This document shows, piece by piece, positions 37,366 to 49,545 of a DNA stretch of 64,000 nt. This stretch comes from Gekko japonicus. Lineage: Eukaryota. Each line of letters opens with the position of its first letter. The first letter of the stretch is position 1. The notes under the pieces are model-generated. The model searched no databases. It was not told where the DNA came from and worked only from the letters and a program-made list of their open reading frames with translations. A program made the translations under genes and the position numbers. Where the stretch lies: contig NW_015168678.1 of NCBI RefSeq assembly GCF_001447785.1, positions 1 through 64,000 on the forward strand. The letters are read 5' to 3'.

Positions 37366-39589
37366 CACCAAGATCAACCTAGGTTTTCAACATCATGTGA
37401 CAGTGAGCCTGGCGTACTTCCTTGGGAAGTGAATTTTACAAAGAGCCACCAGCACATGAGACCCCACAATCTTCACAAACCTCAATTTTTCCAGTTCATG
37501 CCCATCCTTACTCATGCCCATTCACCTATCTGGATTTGGCTGGGGTAGCCAAATTCTCACAAAGAGCTGCTTTAAAACTTACTCTGATTGCAAACCTCTT
37601 GCACTGTTCTATGCTTTAAACACAGCTTGATCATTAGTTCCTAATTAGAGTTCTTCTTTCCAGTTCTGCTCTGTTCCATTCTGGTTAACTCTTAATTAAC
37701 ACCCCTCTGCAGTTTTGTATATCAGCAGATGATTTAGTTTTTCAGAACCTGAATAGTACATGATGCCTAGAATATAATAATAGTATATAATGCCTAGAAG
37801 TTGACTTTTTAGAAAGTATGGCCTTAAATAATTAACAATGTACTTTAAATACTCTAACAGGTACTGCTAAGATCTTTTCTTTCAAATGTTGTGATTAATG
37901 CTGTCCCCAAACTGGTTGGGAGGGGACAAGATACCCTATTTTTCAGATATGCTTAACAGTTTCTTCTAATGCTTTTAAGAGAAGCCAGAAATGACTGTGC
38001 CTCCTCTTCCGTATTAGGCAGATGTGCTAGCTTCCTCTACCCTATGTAGGAGCAACAAAGATAACTGGTTCTCCTTTTGTTCGGGGAAAGGCAGCTTCTG
38101 TTCAGGATGTGGTTATGTGTATGGGGCATCTGGTGCTACCCAGCAGAAAAATCAGTAGGGGTTTAGAGAGAAATAGGAATGAACTTTGCATTTTATCTGA
38201 TCAGAGTACACTAATTGAGAGAACCACATTAGTCACAGTGCAAGCTGTGAAAGAAGCCCTAGGAAAGCAGCCACGTAACCATTTGAAACCATGTGCTTTC
38301 TGAGGTACACATGCTCTCCAGTTATGGCTCACTGTGGTCTGATTCAAAGATTGATCTCCCAGAGTGACTAGTGGGGACAGGTTTTTGGCAAGGATACGGA
38401 CCAGTTGTCTTTCGGGTAACTTGCAGCCCTTGGCTTTTATGAGCTCTTATGTGCATTTGAGGCCTGTAACATCAAGTGAGAGTACATGGGAAGGTACATC
38501 TAGGTGGCTATAGTGTGGGCTATACAAACTACATAACTAGCATCTAGTAGTGAGTGTGGGGGATAGCCCATGTCAAACAATACTTGCCATTTAGTGGGAC
38601 ACTGCCCAAATTTCTAACTCTGTGCAATAGTTCCCCTGCTGTGAATGCTGGAAACTGAAACAAGCCTTACTTGAAATGCAAAGTTTGGCAGCTGCTGCTT
38701 CTATCGCCATTGACACAGAGACATATCTTTAAAGCAACATACAGGGTTTTTGTGGTCACAAGCCTACTAGGAAAGATGACAACGGTATATTGTATGACAA
38801 TGCACCCAACAGCCACCATGTCTGATTTAATGGAGTGTGTGTACATAGATACTTTCTGCCCAGCCACAGTTTGTGGTGGAAATGAAAACAGAAACTTCTT
38901 ACCACAGCACCACATGTGCTGGGGGGCTAAAGTCCATACTTCAATGACCTGTGTTTTGGGCAAAACTTTACTTTTCACAGGCATGCTCTTCGCCCACATA
39001 CACTCAAACTTTTGTATCTGGCTAACCTCATAGAGCTGCCTCCAATAGCGTTTACCTCAAAGGTTCTTTGCACTCTTTCTCGGTGGCTTTTTCCTTCAGC
39101 CTCATTTTAGTGCTCTCTCTACCTCAGAATTTTTACTGTTTTATGTGGTGCATTTCTAGAATATTTGAGAGACTGCTGTCAGAGGGGAAGGGGCATGGCA
39201 AAGACTTGTTCTGAGTGCCCCAAGGAGACTTTTATTTAAGACAAAACAAAAACCAAGCATTTAAAACCCAGGAATAAATGAAGACAAAAATGATAAATTT
39301 GCCCCACTCCCTGCAGAAAGACAGGCTTAATTTATCCTAAGATGCTTCTAACAAGTTTGTTCAGGCTACTTTTTCAAAGAAGCCTACCAGTGGTGAGGAT
39401 TTCACAACCTCTTAAAAGCTTCCTCTTTCAGCAATTGGAAATGCTTCTTTCATGTTGCTTCGGCATTCAGGTTTTGTCCCAATTTGGTACCCAATCTGGA
39501 GTGGATTTTTTTTAGTAGCCACATGACATGGTTCCCTAATCACTCCTGGGTTTCCCCTCCTCTAAGGCATTCTCCTCAAATTGGTTTGA

Positions 39590-39685
39590 TGTAGTCGAAA
39601 AGAGCAAAAGTCCAGTAGCACCTTAAAGACTAATAAAATATCTGGCAGGGTATGAGATTTCATGAGTCACCGCTCACTTCAGATT
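39590..39685 (-). mobile_element. Penelope-like terminal remnant
   Basis: GTCCAGTAGCACCTTAAAGACTAA..GGGTATGAGATTTCATGAG..CTCACTTCAGA; shared with 40635, 47790, 51350, 53495. Confidence 0.65.
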
Positions 39686-39759
39686 CTTCTGGTTTGATGT
39701 GATGATTTTGGAAGCCTGAAAAAGCCCTCCGGTGGTGGTGGTGGGGATGGCAGCCACAA

Positions 39760-39945
39760 TGAAGCTGCCTCATACTGAATCAGACTGTTGGTCCATGAAG
39801 GTCAGTATTGTTTATTCTGACTGACAGTGGCTATCGGCTCTCCAAGGTTTCAGGCAGAGATCTTTCACATCACCTACAATCTGATCCTTTTAATTGGAGA
39901 TGCCAGAGATGAATGCCAAACAGATGCTCTACTACTAAACCACAG
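39760..39945 (-). mobile_element. tRNA-derived SINE (second copy + strand at 40380-40530)
   Basis: Shared ACAATACTGACCTT..GGACCAA..CTGATTCAGTAT tail; head TGGCTGAGTGGTAGAG..GGTTCAATCCC in the + copy. Confidence 0.65.
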
Positions 39946-40074
39946 CCCCCCCCCCCCCCCCCCCCCCCGGATTTATCTTAGTCAACCACTATTGGATGGA
40001 TTCCCCCGGGGAGAGCTGTCCACGTGCATAATGCCACCATTGAAAAACCTGTTAGAGTGTCAAGGATCTTTTTT

Positions 40075-40280
40075 TGTTTGTTTGTTTGCTGTCAGGTTGC
40101 TGCCAACTTATGGTGATCCTGCAGGGTTTTCAAGGCAAGAGACATTCAGAGATGGCTTCTATTGCCTTCCTCTGTGTAGGAGTTCCTTGGTGGTCTTCTA
40201 TCTAAATACTAACCAGGGGTGATCCTGCTTAGCTTCCGAGATCTGACGAGATCAGGCTAGCCTGGGCTATCCAGGTTGGG
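40075..40280 (-). mobile_element. 5S-derived SINE
   Basis: CCTGCTTAGCTTCCGAGATCTGACGAGATCAGGC. Confidence 0.8.
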
Positions 40281-40634
40281 GATCAATACTGGAACTTTTA
40301 GTTGGGCCTGAGAAAGAACAGGCAGCCAATTTAGATGAGTATCATAATTATATGCTCCATCCAAGCTGCTTTCATGACAGGGACCGTGGCTGAGTGGTAG
40401 AGTGTCTGCTTGGCATGTAAAAGTTCCCAGGTTCAATCCCTTGAGACCCTGGATGCCACTCTAAGTAAACAATACTGACCTTGACGGACCAATGTTCTGA
40501 TTCAGTATAAGGAAGCTTAATGTATTCATATGTTCACAGGTACTGCAGTTAGCCACATTCTGAACCTATTGAGAGTTTCTGAACATTCTACAAAGGCAGC
40601 TCCAATTAGAGTACAGAACAATAATCTGAATTTA

Positions 40635-40900
40635 ACTATGATTCAGGTGGGTAGCCGTATTGGTCTGAGGCAGTAAAACAAAGGTTGATTCCAGTGGCAC
40701 CTTTAAAACCAACTAAGTTTTATTCAAGGTGTGGGATTTCATGTGCACACTCACTTCCTCAGACACACTGAAATGGAAGTTATCAGTCCATACATATAGG
40801 TAGAGGGTGAACAGCAAATTAGCACATAACATAATAACAGATGTGAGAACTAAACAGGAATAACAAGCTTAGTTTATATGGTCACCATTTGTTTGGATTC
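40635..40900 (-). mobile_element. Penelope-like remnant with hammerhead-like motif
   Basis: ATTCAGGTGGGTAGCC..CCAGTGGCACCTTTAA..TTTCATGTGCACACTCACTTCCTCAGACAC. Confidence 0.7.
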
Positions 40901-41489
40901 AATTTGGTGGGGGGAACAGTGAGGCAAATAAATATATCAAAATTGGAGACTAATATATAACTGTATCCTTCTTAGTTGTGGGATGCTAAGAGTAATTGAC
41001 TGGGACCCAGTTGTTATGCTCCATCAGTCTCCTCTCAAGAATGGAGGTAACTAACATCCGTTTCTTTAAGGTACAATGTTATATCTCCTCTGCCACCAGA
41101 CCAGGGAAATAAATTTCAATCTACCATTCTAAATTATACTACATTCTAATATTATTTGCATTACATTATAATCACTATTCCAATCTACTATTCCAAATAA
41201 GAAATACACTAAAATACCGAATAGCCATTCTTGGTAAGAATACAGATGTAAGGACTGGAGAATATGTGTATTCACTAGTACCTGCTGTCTGCTCCCAGGG
41301 ATTTTCTGTCTGAACCTCTTGTTATTTTTCTGCAACGATGTCAGGCTCTACTCTTGCAGAGCTTCATCAGTGCTGTATAACTGCTCAAATTTTTATCCAA
41401 TCCCAACACCATTTCAGTCTGGTGGGAAATAGTTTCATCCACCACCACTGAAAAGACAGAAGGTCAGGAAATTAGAGAGTACTCCATCT

Positions 41490-41630
41490 TTCTGTGTTAT
41501 ACCTCTGAGGATGCCAGTCACAGCTACTAGCAAAATGTCAGGTTCTACAATGCCAAGGCCATGGCCACACAACCTGGAAAATCTACAGCAACTAATGAAC
41601 TCCGGCTGTGAAAGCCTTCGACAACATATT
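41490..41630 (+). mobile_element. Penelope-like terminal remnant, second family
   Basis: CTCTGAGGATGCCAGTCACAG..CATGGCCACACAACCTGGAAAA..CCGGCTGTGAAAGCCTTCGACAA. Confidence 0.7.
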
Positions 41631-41949
41631 TACTGGTCAGCTGTTTCTTCACGTCCGACCATTTAATCATAGAGATATTATGGAGGTAAGCAGTGTAATA
41701 ATAAAGATTTCAAATCAGCAGCACATACAAAAATAATTTGACTTCTAAGTAGTAACTTCTTAGGCACAAAAGTTTCCATGCACTGTGAAACCATGACAAG
41801 AATTACTTTCAACACAGTACAACCTATTTTTCTACCCCCCTTTTTTAAATTAAAAAAACCCTTTCCGTTCAACCCTAGAAGTTCACAGACATATAATCCT
41901 GAGCAGCAGAAAATTTCTAGATATTCTATTTGGAAACAAGAATTAAAAG

Positions 41950-42650
41950 GACTGATTTATATTTAGCCACACCCAATGTAATTTTCGAGTCATTACCTTT
42001 GAGTAAGAAGAAAACAGTTTCCGAAGAATAGGGAAGTAAATGATTGCTTAATAAGGACGTAATATAGTGGTTCCTGAGAGTCACAAACATGGGGCACTGG
42101 AGCAAAATGTGGAAAGGTGTATTGATCATTTTCAGGCCACCAGGGTACATTCTGTCAGAATATACCTTGCCAGCAAACCTGCCCTGTAAAACCATGGAAG
42201 GAATGATGTTCAACCTAGCAAACAAGAATGTCCTACCAAACCCTGGAGCTGAGAGATAACAGAAATAAGAAGATAGTACATTGGGGAGGGGGATGCCATA
42301 AAACAAAGAGCAAACATGACGGCCTCTCAGTAAGGTACTGTGATGATCAATCTCCAAGATACGTTTCCTAATCAAGTTAAGAGAATCATGCTTTCTTTGG
42401 GCCAATATATTTTGGGCGATCATATCAATTAATAATAGTTTATCGTCCACCATTTTCAGCCATGTTGATTTAAAATAGGCTTTTTCCAGTAGAGCATGTA
42501 GGCTCTCTTCAGAGAACAAAACTCTTATCCTCAGCTTAAAAGCAAGGAACCATGCTCTAGCCTCCAATGACTTCTGTCCAAATTCTGCCAGCAAGGCAAC
42601 ATTGGAAACACAATAAGGAATATTCATTAGTTTTCTCAGAAACTGGGAGA
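41950..42650 (-). mobile_element. Non-LTR retrotransposon 3' fragment (RTE-X-like)
   Basis: IPYCVSNVALLAEFG..FLFARLN..HILLQCP, same architecture as the C-terminus at 17028-17860. Confidence 0.7.
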
Positions 42651-43393
42651 GTGGAATGTTAAATTTTCTCTGTAACTGTATTTCTCTAAACTGCAGAACT
42701 GCAGGTTGAAAATCTGAAGAGCTCCAGGTACATATCTGCCACCTTTGGAATACATTTTTTTACATTATTAAGCACAGCTTTAAAGTGAGATTTCCAAGAC
42801 AGATCAGCTAAGAACAACAAATTTAAACTCTAATGTTCTCATGACCATGCTGATTGTTTTCCATAAAGCAAAGGGCATATGATTTTTGTATGGAACAATA
42901 GTATATAAGTGTAATATTTTGTAGCAGATATTCTTGTTTAACTGAAAAAGAACAGCACACAAAAACCAGATAGCTCAACAGACAAGTTATGGTTTCCTAG
43001 CAAACTGAAAGGAACATGTGAAGCAATACAAGACATAACATTATCTGCACTGTTACAGGTTTTTAAAAGTTAAAACTGCACACAGAAGTTTTGTGGAGGC
43101 AGATCTGTTATTTTAATTTAAAAGGTTACATGCCAGTGTGAAGAACTAACCAATGGTAGGTAAAACAGCTATTTGAGTCTGGCCATATCTTTTTCACAGA
43201 CAATCTCAGAAGAATTTTTTCTCATCTTGTAAAACATGTAAAGAGAAAAAAAAACGTTTTGATCTATCTTGATAGTATGACTGAATGGTAAGATTAAACA
43301 AGTTCTGTTGCTACAATAAAACCGTGTGTTTTCAACAGTACATGTAGACATTCCTTTCTACTGTAACAAGACTCCAAAAATCCAAGGCACGGG

Positions 43394-43755
43394 TCAAAAT
43401 TCATCATCTGAATCCGCATCCCAGCCACAGGATTCAAGCTCCTCATCTTGTGGAAAATCCACTTCTACATTGTAGACAAAACCAGGATCATCCTTCTTTT
43501 TCCTGTTCTTTTCAAACAGCTCATCCATTATTTTTTTCCTTTTGGCAAGCTCCTTGTCATCAAGTTTGTTCAGGTTCTCCTCAGGGTCAATTATTTCCTT
43601 CAGCTGAATTTGTTCTAGACTCTGAGTCAAACTTTGTCCTCCCAAATGGCCTCTGAGCAAACTGTACAACTTTTGCAACTGTTCCATTGAGACCCCTTCC
43701 AAGTAAGTCTTGTGTCGAGGATTATTCTTTAGCTGTTCTGCTGCCCTCCTGCAAT
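43394..43755 (-). CDS. CEP19: Centrosomal protein 19 kDa, last coding exon
   Basis: ttggtgcAG|AT TGC; [20 protein letters not shown]...[28 protein letters not shown]...[13 protein letters not shown]; phase 1 matches upstream exon. Confidence 0.95.
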
Positions 43756-43789
43756 CTGCACCAAAAAGAAAGCAAAGAAAGCTAACAAA

Positions 43790-44323
43790 GGTCCCGATCA
43801 CATGCAGAATTAGCCGCGCGATAGGCAAGAATCCCGGGCAGATTTTAAGGGCGTGATCACACGGGAACATCTGGCAAGCGTCCCGCACCCATCGGCAACC
43901 CATCTTGCTCTGCCGAAGAAGCAGAGTTAAAAAATACCACGGACAGTCCAGTATCAAATGGGTTGCTACGGGCCACAGATGGACTTTCCCCTGTGATCGC
44001 TCCACCGCACTCTCATGGCATCGGGATGGTCTGATCAGGCCATCCCGACTCTGTGCCGTTTTTTCCCCCTTCTCAGTATGCGCATCATCGCATACTGCCG
44101 TAGGAAGCCCTTAGTGTGGAGATGTGATTCACTGATCCTCCGTTTAAGCGAATCAAAAACAAACAGCAAAAAAACCCCCCAAAAAACAACTCACCTGTGA
44201 TTGCGTCTGATCACGCAGTGGCGGGCTATGCCTGCAGCTTCAAAGAACCATGTGATCGCGCAACAGTGGGTCAATTTTCCTCCGGGTTAAATAGCCTTGC
44301 TTCCCCCACGTGTGACTGGGACC
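43790..44323. mobile_element. PIF/Harbinger-like MITE, CpG-rich
   Basis: TIRs GGTCCCGATCACATG / GGTCCCAGTCACACG, AAA on both sides. Confidence 0.65.
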
Positions 44324-45199
44324 AAAAACAAGCAAACAAAAACTCCCAAAACCTTTGGCTGCAGATACATGCCTGTAATTTGCAAACTGATCAGACATTA
44401 ATCTGATGGGTATCTGGCAGACTACTAGGAAGCACTTCTGTTGCTGATGTGTCACAAATACACAACTGCTAGAAAGGTCAATACTTCAGCTTAAAGTTTC
44501 AAAGTGAATTTGTTGCTGAAAGTCACTTGGACATGGAGCCTTCTGTAAGGTCATATTGTACTTTGCCCTGCTGTACATTGTGTAAGGAAGCTGACATCAC
44601 ACAGTATGTTCTCTTTTTGTTTCCTTTCATCTTTGTTTTTCTTTATACCTGCATATCTCAAATAATATCACAGGTCCTAGTCACCTGCCTATATCATTTC
44701 TAGATTGACACCTTTTCTTTCTCTATTTTTACAGCTTCTTCCTCCCCTTCCCCACTTGGAAAATTTTAATATATTTTTATTTATATATTTAATTCACTTA
44801 TATCCTGCCTTTCCCCCCAATGAGGACCTAAAGTGGCTTACATCACTTTTTTCTCTCCTCCTTTTTATATAACTAAGCAATTATACAACTGAGTAGTACA
44901 ATAAATAACCGCAGCAAATTGAGGGGCTGTACAAGTGCACAACAAACAGGAGTAAAAAACCCTGCATGAACCAGATGGACAAGATGCTCGCCTTGCTACA
45001 TGGTCTCTCAAGATTAATGGGAAAAAAGATGCAGCAAAAAGCATAAGAGTACCATCACCACTTCTGCCCACAGCCAAACCTAAAGTACTGGGTACATGTT
45101 AGGTTTCTGTCCATGTACATTTTCTTGTGCTGTATAATGGAATATAACTTTCAAATCAAGGGATATGACAGATGTCATAAAAAGAGAGCTTATAGTGCC

Positions 45200-45396
45200 T
45201 TGGTGGTGAGAGAAAGTGCTGTCAAGCCAACTTATAAAGATGTCATAGGGTTTTCAAGGTAACAGATGTTCATTTCCTGCCTCTATCTAGCAGCCCTAGA
45301 CTTCCATAATGGTCTCCAGTCCCATCCAAGTACTAAGCTTGCTTAGCTTCTGAGATTTGACAAGATCAGGCTAGCCTGAGCCATCCAGGTTAGGAC
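45200..45396 (-). mobile_element. 5S-derived SINE
   Basis: CCCATCCAAGTACTAA..GCTTAGCTTCTGAGATTTGACAAGATCAGGC. Confidence 0.75.
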
Positions 45397-46080
45397 ATAT
45401 TCCCTTAGCTATGAGATAAGCCTGGTTTTCCAATAGTGAAATACTAACGAAACACAGGCTCAGCTGTTAATTTTGCTTGCCTCCACCCCATGCTGTTTTC
45501 CTTTGTTTTTTCAAGTGCCATATGAACAGATATTAATTTATCTGTGCACTCATCACTTTACTGATAAAGTGGGAATTTAAAAAATGCTAAGCTGCTCTGA
45601 TAAATTCTAGGACCAGTTTCTTGAAGCCATCACAGGAGACCAGCCAATCAGCACTACAAACAACTTCTTCTGCAACCTTGCAAAACTGTGATAGATTTTA
45701 TTTGTATTTATTTATTATTAAATGTATACCCCACCCTCCCCAGAGATAGGACATAACCCTAGAAAGGAACCAATATAATCAAGCTGAAGGCAACAACAAT
45801 GCTTCCAGATTGTTCCCATGGGGTAAAGATACAAATTGGTCTATTTAAGTGTCATCTGAAGTAGTTTTGTATTATTTAGCATTTTAACTGTTTTCAACTT
45901 GAATGTCAATGTATCTGTTGAAACTGTTGTTCACCGCCCTGAGCCCTTTGCACAGGGGAGGGCAGTCTACAAATTGAATGAATGTATGCATGTATGTATA
46001 AATAAATAAATAAATGATGGTTATAGCTACCTGTTTCAGAAATGGGCCAATTATAAACTAGCAGAATAAACATGCCATAC

Positions 46081-46210
46081 CTGAGTACTTGGAGAAATTC
46101 CGGACAGGCATGATGCGCTTCCGTATATTACTTCTGACCTGATCTTCGTAAATTAAAATAATAGATGGAGGCTGCAACTGAATGCCACACTTTTTTGCAA
46201 CGAAAGACAT
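46081..46210 (-). CDS. CEP19: CEP19 first coding exon (not in ORF track)
   Basis: [43 protein letters not shown]; donor G|GTATGG; acceptor tttcAG (exon starts 46270); total 163 aa. Confidence 0.93.
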
Positions 46211-46669
46211 CCCAGCTCCTCTATAGCTTTAATCCAAAAATATCAGTCTCATATGTGCCAATGTAGTAATCTGAAATACATTTGTTAAAAAGAGAAATGA
46301 AAGGGCAAAATTTAAAAGGACCAGGAAATTCCTAATTATTTGTTTAAAAGTTATCCTTCAAAAAAGGATTTAGGGGGGAAAAATTAAAAAAATTAAATGC
46401 CATTTCAACCACAGCTGGCTTCAATGAGACATGCTTAAATGTTGCACCAAATTAAAATTTTGGAGAAAGCAGCTGCTGCCAATCACAAATGTCAGGCAGT
46501 TTTTTAAACACTGTCTTCAAGAGGACTAAAGAATTCACAGGGCAAATTCTGTGGCGTTGGGTGATTCACACCACACTTAACTGCACGCAAAGCTCCTACT
46601 TTATCATCTAGAGGACGTGTCTTTCATACAGCCGTTACTCCAGAGACCCCTCTACTTTAATGCAGTTTA

Positions 46670-47720
46670 TTTCTGAAACGAGATGAGCCGAGATCTGGTT
46701 GCTTGCTTTGTCTTGTGGAACGGCAAGAGTTCTTGATTTCGCATTGGATCGCTGACTCTTGGATTTGCGCTCCGAAACGAGGAGTGGTTAGAAGAGAGAG
46801 AGAGACCCGTGTCAGAGCTGAGACCTAGTAATTTGACCGTGTTCACATGTACAGTAGGTACTACAACAAGTTTTATTTTTACTCTGCAGGTTCCTCACGA
46901 ACGGCTTCACTGAAAACCCTCTTTCTTCTCGGACTCATCACCATAACGACCGGTCGGAGCCGTCACCATGTCAGGCCCCTCAGTAAATTCTGTTTACACA
47001 AATGCCCGCAAGGGAAAAAAGAAACTTGCGACGATTTTAAGGTTTTGTTTGTTACTTCCTTTGCTTGACACTTGATTAATATCATTTTGGGGTCACCTAA
47101 GGAAAACCGTTGACCGGCGAGGTCTTTCTAAGCAGGCACGGATACGATAGTTCCCCGAAGAGGGCCTTGAACGTGCGCCGACAAGGCGACGCGTGGATGA
47201 CGTAAGAAGAAATCCCTCCATATGTGGGAGGTACTAAGTATGCTGATATTTTAGTCTCCTCCTTCTGGTTGACGGAGCAGGAGGGGTTGGCAAAGGACCG
47301 CAGTGGGTGCTTGCAGGCAGGTGCTGTCTCAGTACAGGCGGGAAGGGGAGTCTATCCAGGTTCTGCGAGCCTCCAGCCTGCTGCTGTCGGGAGATGTCGG
47401 GGGTTCCCGGTTGGAGCCTCTTCTCACGGTAGAAAGATGCGCTCGCTGTTCCCGCTTTCAAAGTAGCTTCCTGTGAGTATTTAGGAGAGAAGGTTGGACG
47501 GAGAATCTTTGCTCTTCTTGTACGCAGAAAATTAGTTTTGTTTAGTGGGTTACCACCGTTGTTAGGGGGATGAGGCCAAACTGCTTCCACCACGAGGGAG
47601 AAACTTCTGTTGATTTCAGTGTACTTTGCTTGACTCAGGCTTTTTGAGGATTGCAAGCCGCCTTCGTCGGACTCAACACGCTAAATGTGTGTAGATGACA
47701 CGTGTGCGGATAATACAAGG
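46670..47720. promoter_or_regulatory. CpG-enriched bidirectional promoter of CEP19 and PIGX; PIGX non-coding exon 1 probably ends at 47472
   Basis: CpG cluster between divergent genes; CRE-like TGACGTAA ~47198; donor CT|GTGAGT at 47472/47473. Confidence 0.7.
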
Positions 47721-48175
47721 ATTACATGCAGATATGATAAATAATAAATAGCCTGCTGTCACAGAGTGACTGAGATCTGAAATAAGTGAGTCCAGTGGCA
47801 CCTTTATGACCAATAAAGTTTAATTTGGGATATAAGCGAACCTTTACTTTTTACACTAAGAAGTGTGTGTGCACATGACCTTACACCCAGAATTTAGCTC
47901 CAGATTTCTCAGTATTCTACTGCAATTCGAAATGTAAGGACTTCAAGTTAGTACTAAAGCATACTAATATAGTCCTGGGCTGAAGCTATGTGGCTGATCA
48001 AAACAATGCATATGGTTTTAAAGCAGTAGTTGTGCTTATTGTCTCTTTGTCATGAGAGTCAAACAGTAAAGGGTTGTTCTAAATCAAAAAGTGGCAATTT
48101 GAACAAAAACAACTCTAAACTTTGTAGCAATAGCTGCTAGACATCTGATTTTTTTCCTTTTAGCTTTATTTCAAG

Positions 48176-48263
48176 ATGTCTCAATGGAAAAACCATGTGC
48201 TCCTTCAGTTGGGTACCTTTGCACTTTGGATTGTGTTCTTTGTTTTCATGCCAGAAGATGTAT
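48176..48263 (+). CDS. PIGX: PIGX coding exon 1 (hydrophobic signal-like N-terminus)
   Basis: ttttAG acceptor at 48163; aagATG; MSQWKNHVLLQLGTFALWIVFFVFMPEDV; donor T|GTAAGT; phase 1 fits next exon. Confidence 0.78.
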
Positions 48264-48629
48264 GTAAGTTGAAATCTGTTTTTCCTATATTTAGTGAGCA
48301 AACTGAATATAACACTAATTTGCTAGTGCATTGAATGCGATGTCATATTGTGCTTAATTATGGAATCTAGTGTTACATTTTTATTTAACATGTTTACATT
48401 CATGCACTGTATTCACATTATTAATTTTAACCAACTTCTAACTTGCATTGCATATTTAGTCAGTTTATCTTTATTATAAATATGTATAAGTCTTCTGTGC
48501 TGTGGAGCAGTCCCACTGAAGTCTGTGAAGTGGTTAGAGTCTATGCATAGACCTAATAGCCTTGGAGAATAAGCACAATAGGTGTGGACACTTAGATCCA
48601 GCTGTGGCAGTCCATACTTTCTTCAGTTG

Positions 48630-48850
48630 ATTTGTTTATTTACTGGATTTCTATCCTGCTTTTCTTCCCAGTGGGGATTGAAAGTGCTTTACAATGTTTT
48701 CCTTTTTTCCATTTTATCCTCACAACAGCCCTGTGAGGTTAGGCTGAGAATGTGTGACAGCCCAGAAAACGTCTATGGAAGAGTGTGGATTCAAACCCAG
48801 GTCTCTCAAATCCTAGACTGACACTCTAACAACTGTACAACACTGGCTCT
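48630..48850 (-). mobile_element. MIR-like CORE SINE (similar pieces at ~1520-1680, ~44780-44860, ~61230-61345)
   Basis: CCATTTTATCCTCACAACAGCCCTGTGAGGTTAGGCTGAGA..GGATTCAAACCCAGG. Confidence 0.7.
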
Positions 48851-49089
48851 CACTGGCTGTGAGATCTTTCTCTTTAGTCAGAGAAGGAAAAATACAGCAA
48901 CTAGTCAGCAACTAGAGATGTTTTCTTGTTCAGGAGGACAGAATGACAGAATGGAGGTTTTTGGATGTTGTTAACCTATTTTTCTCTGTGTGTGTCTCTG
49001 CCACAGAGCACAGATAGGAATAAATGGGTGCTGCAAGGCTCGGTATTCTCTCAGATTGGAGGCAGGGGAGACCAGTCAGCAGCTAGATC

Positions 49090-49545
49090 ATCTTATTTAT
49101 TTTATAAAAATACACATGCTGCCTTTCCTCTTGGCCTGGGGTAACTTCCAAGTAATAAAAAATTAAAAGTAATAAAAAATGTCTGCTGTTTATATCCCAT
49201 CAAAAACCCTGGCAAACAAACAAGCCCTGTAGTGCTTCCTGAAGATCTCCATTGAAGGGGGTTCCTTTCATATCTTCAAGGAGACCATTCCACAGAGAAG
49301 GGCCATTAAGGAAAAGGCCAGGGTTTGATTGATGCCAAGTGGGCCGCCCTAATTTGGGGAACAGCCAGCAGGTGCCAGCCTGAAGATTTTAGTTGAGGCA
49401 CAGGAACATATGAGAGGAGACAGACCTTCAGATATATGGGCCCCAGGCTGTGGAAGGGCTTTAAAGGTCATAATCAGCACCTTGAATTGAACTTTGAAAC
49501 AAACTGACAGCCACTGTAACTGTTTCAAAATAGTCAAGACCACCT
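49090..49545 (-). mobile_element. L2 LINE 3' fragment (similar pieces ~3590-4140, ~6820-7200, ~35760-36090)
   Basis: LKQLQWLSVCFKVQFKVLIMTFKAL, typical of the L2 ORF2 C-terminus; (AAAT)n tail. Confidence 0.75.

Noticed and set aside
39946-39968. C23 homopolymer, same length as the G23 at 2912
   Set aside because: Sits at a SINE end; equal length may be chance or an assembly effect, with no functional evidence
40380-40440. tRNA gene
   Set aside because: A and B boxes only, no complete cloverleaf; continues into a SINE tail shared with 39760-39945
43756-44005. N-terminal ~83 aa of the 203 aa CEP19 ORF
   Set aside because: Intron and MITE sequence upstream of a clear acceptor; the true N-terminus is at 46210
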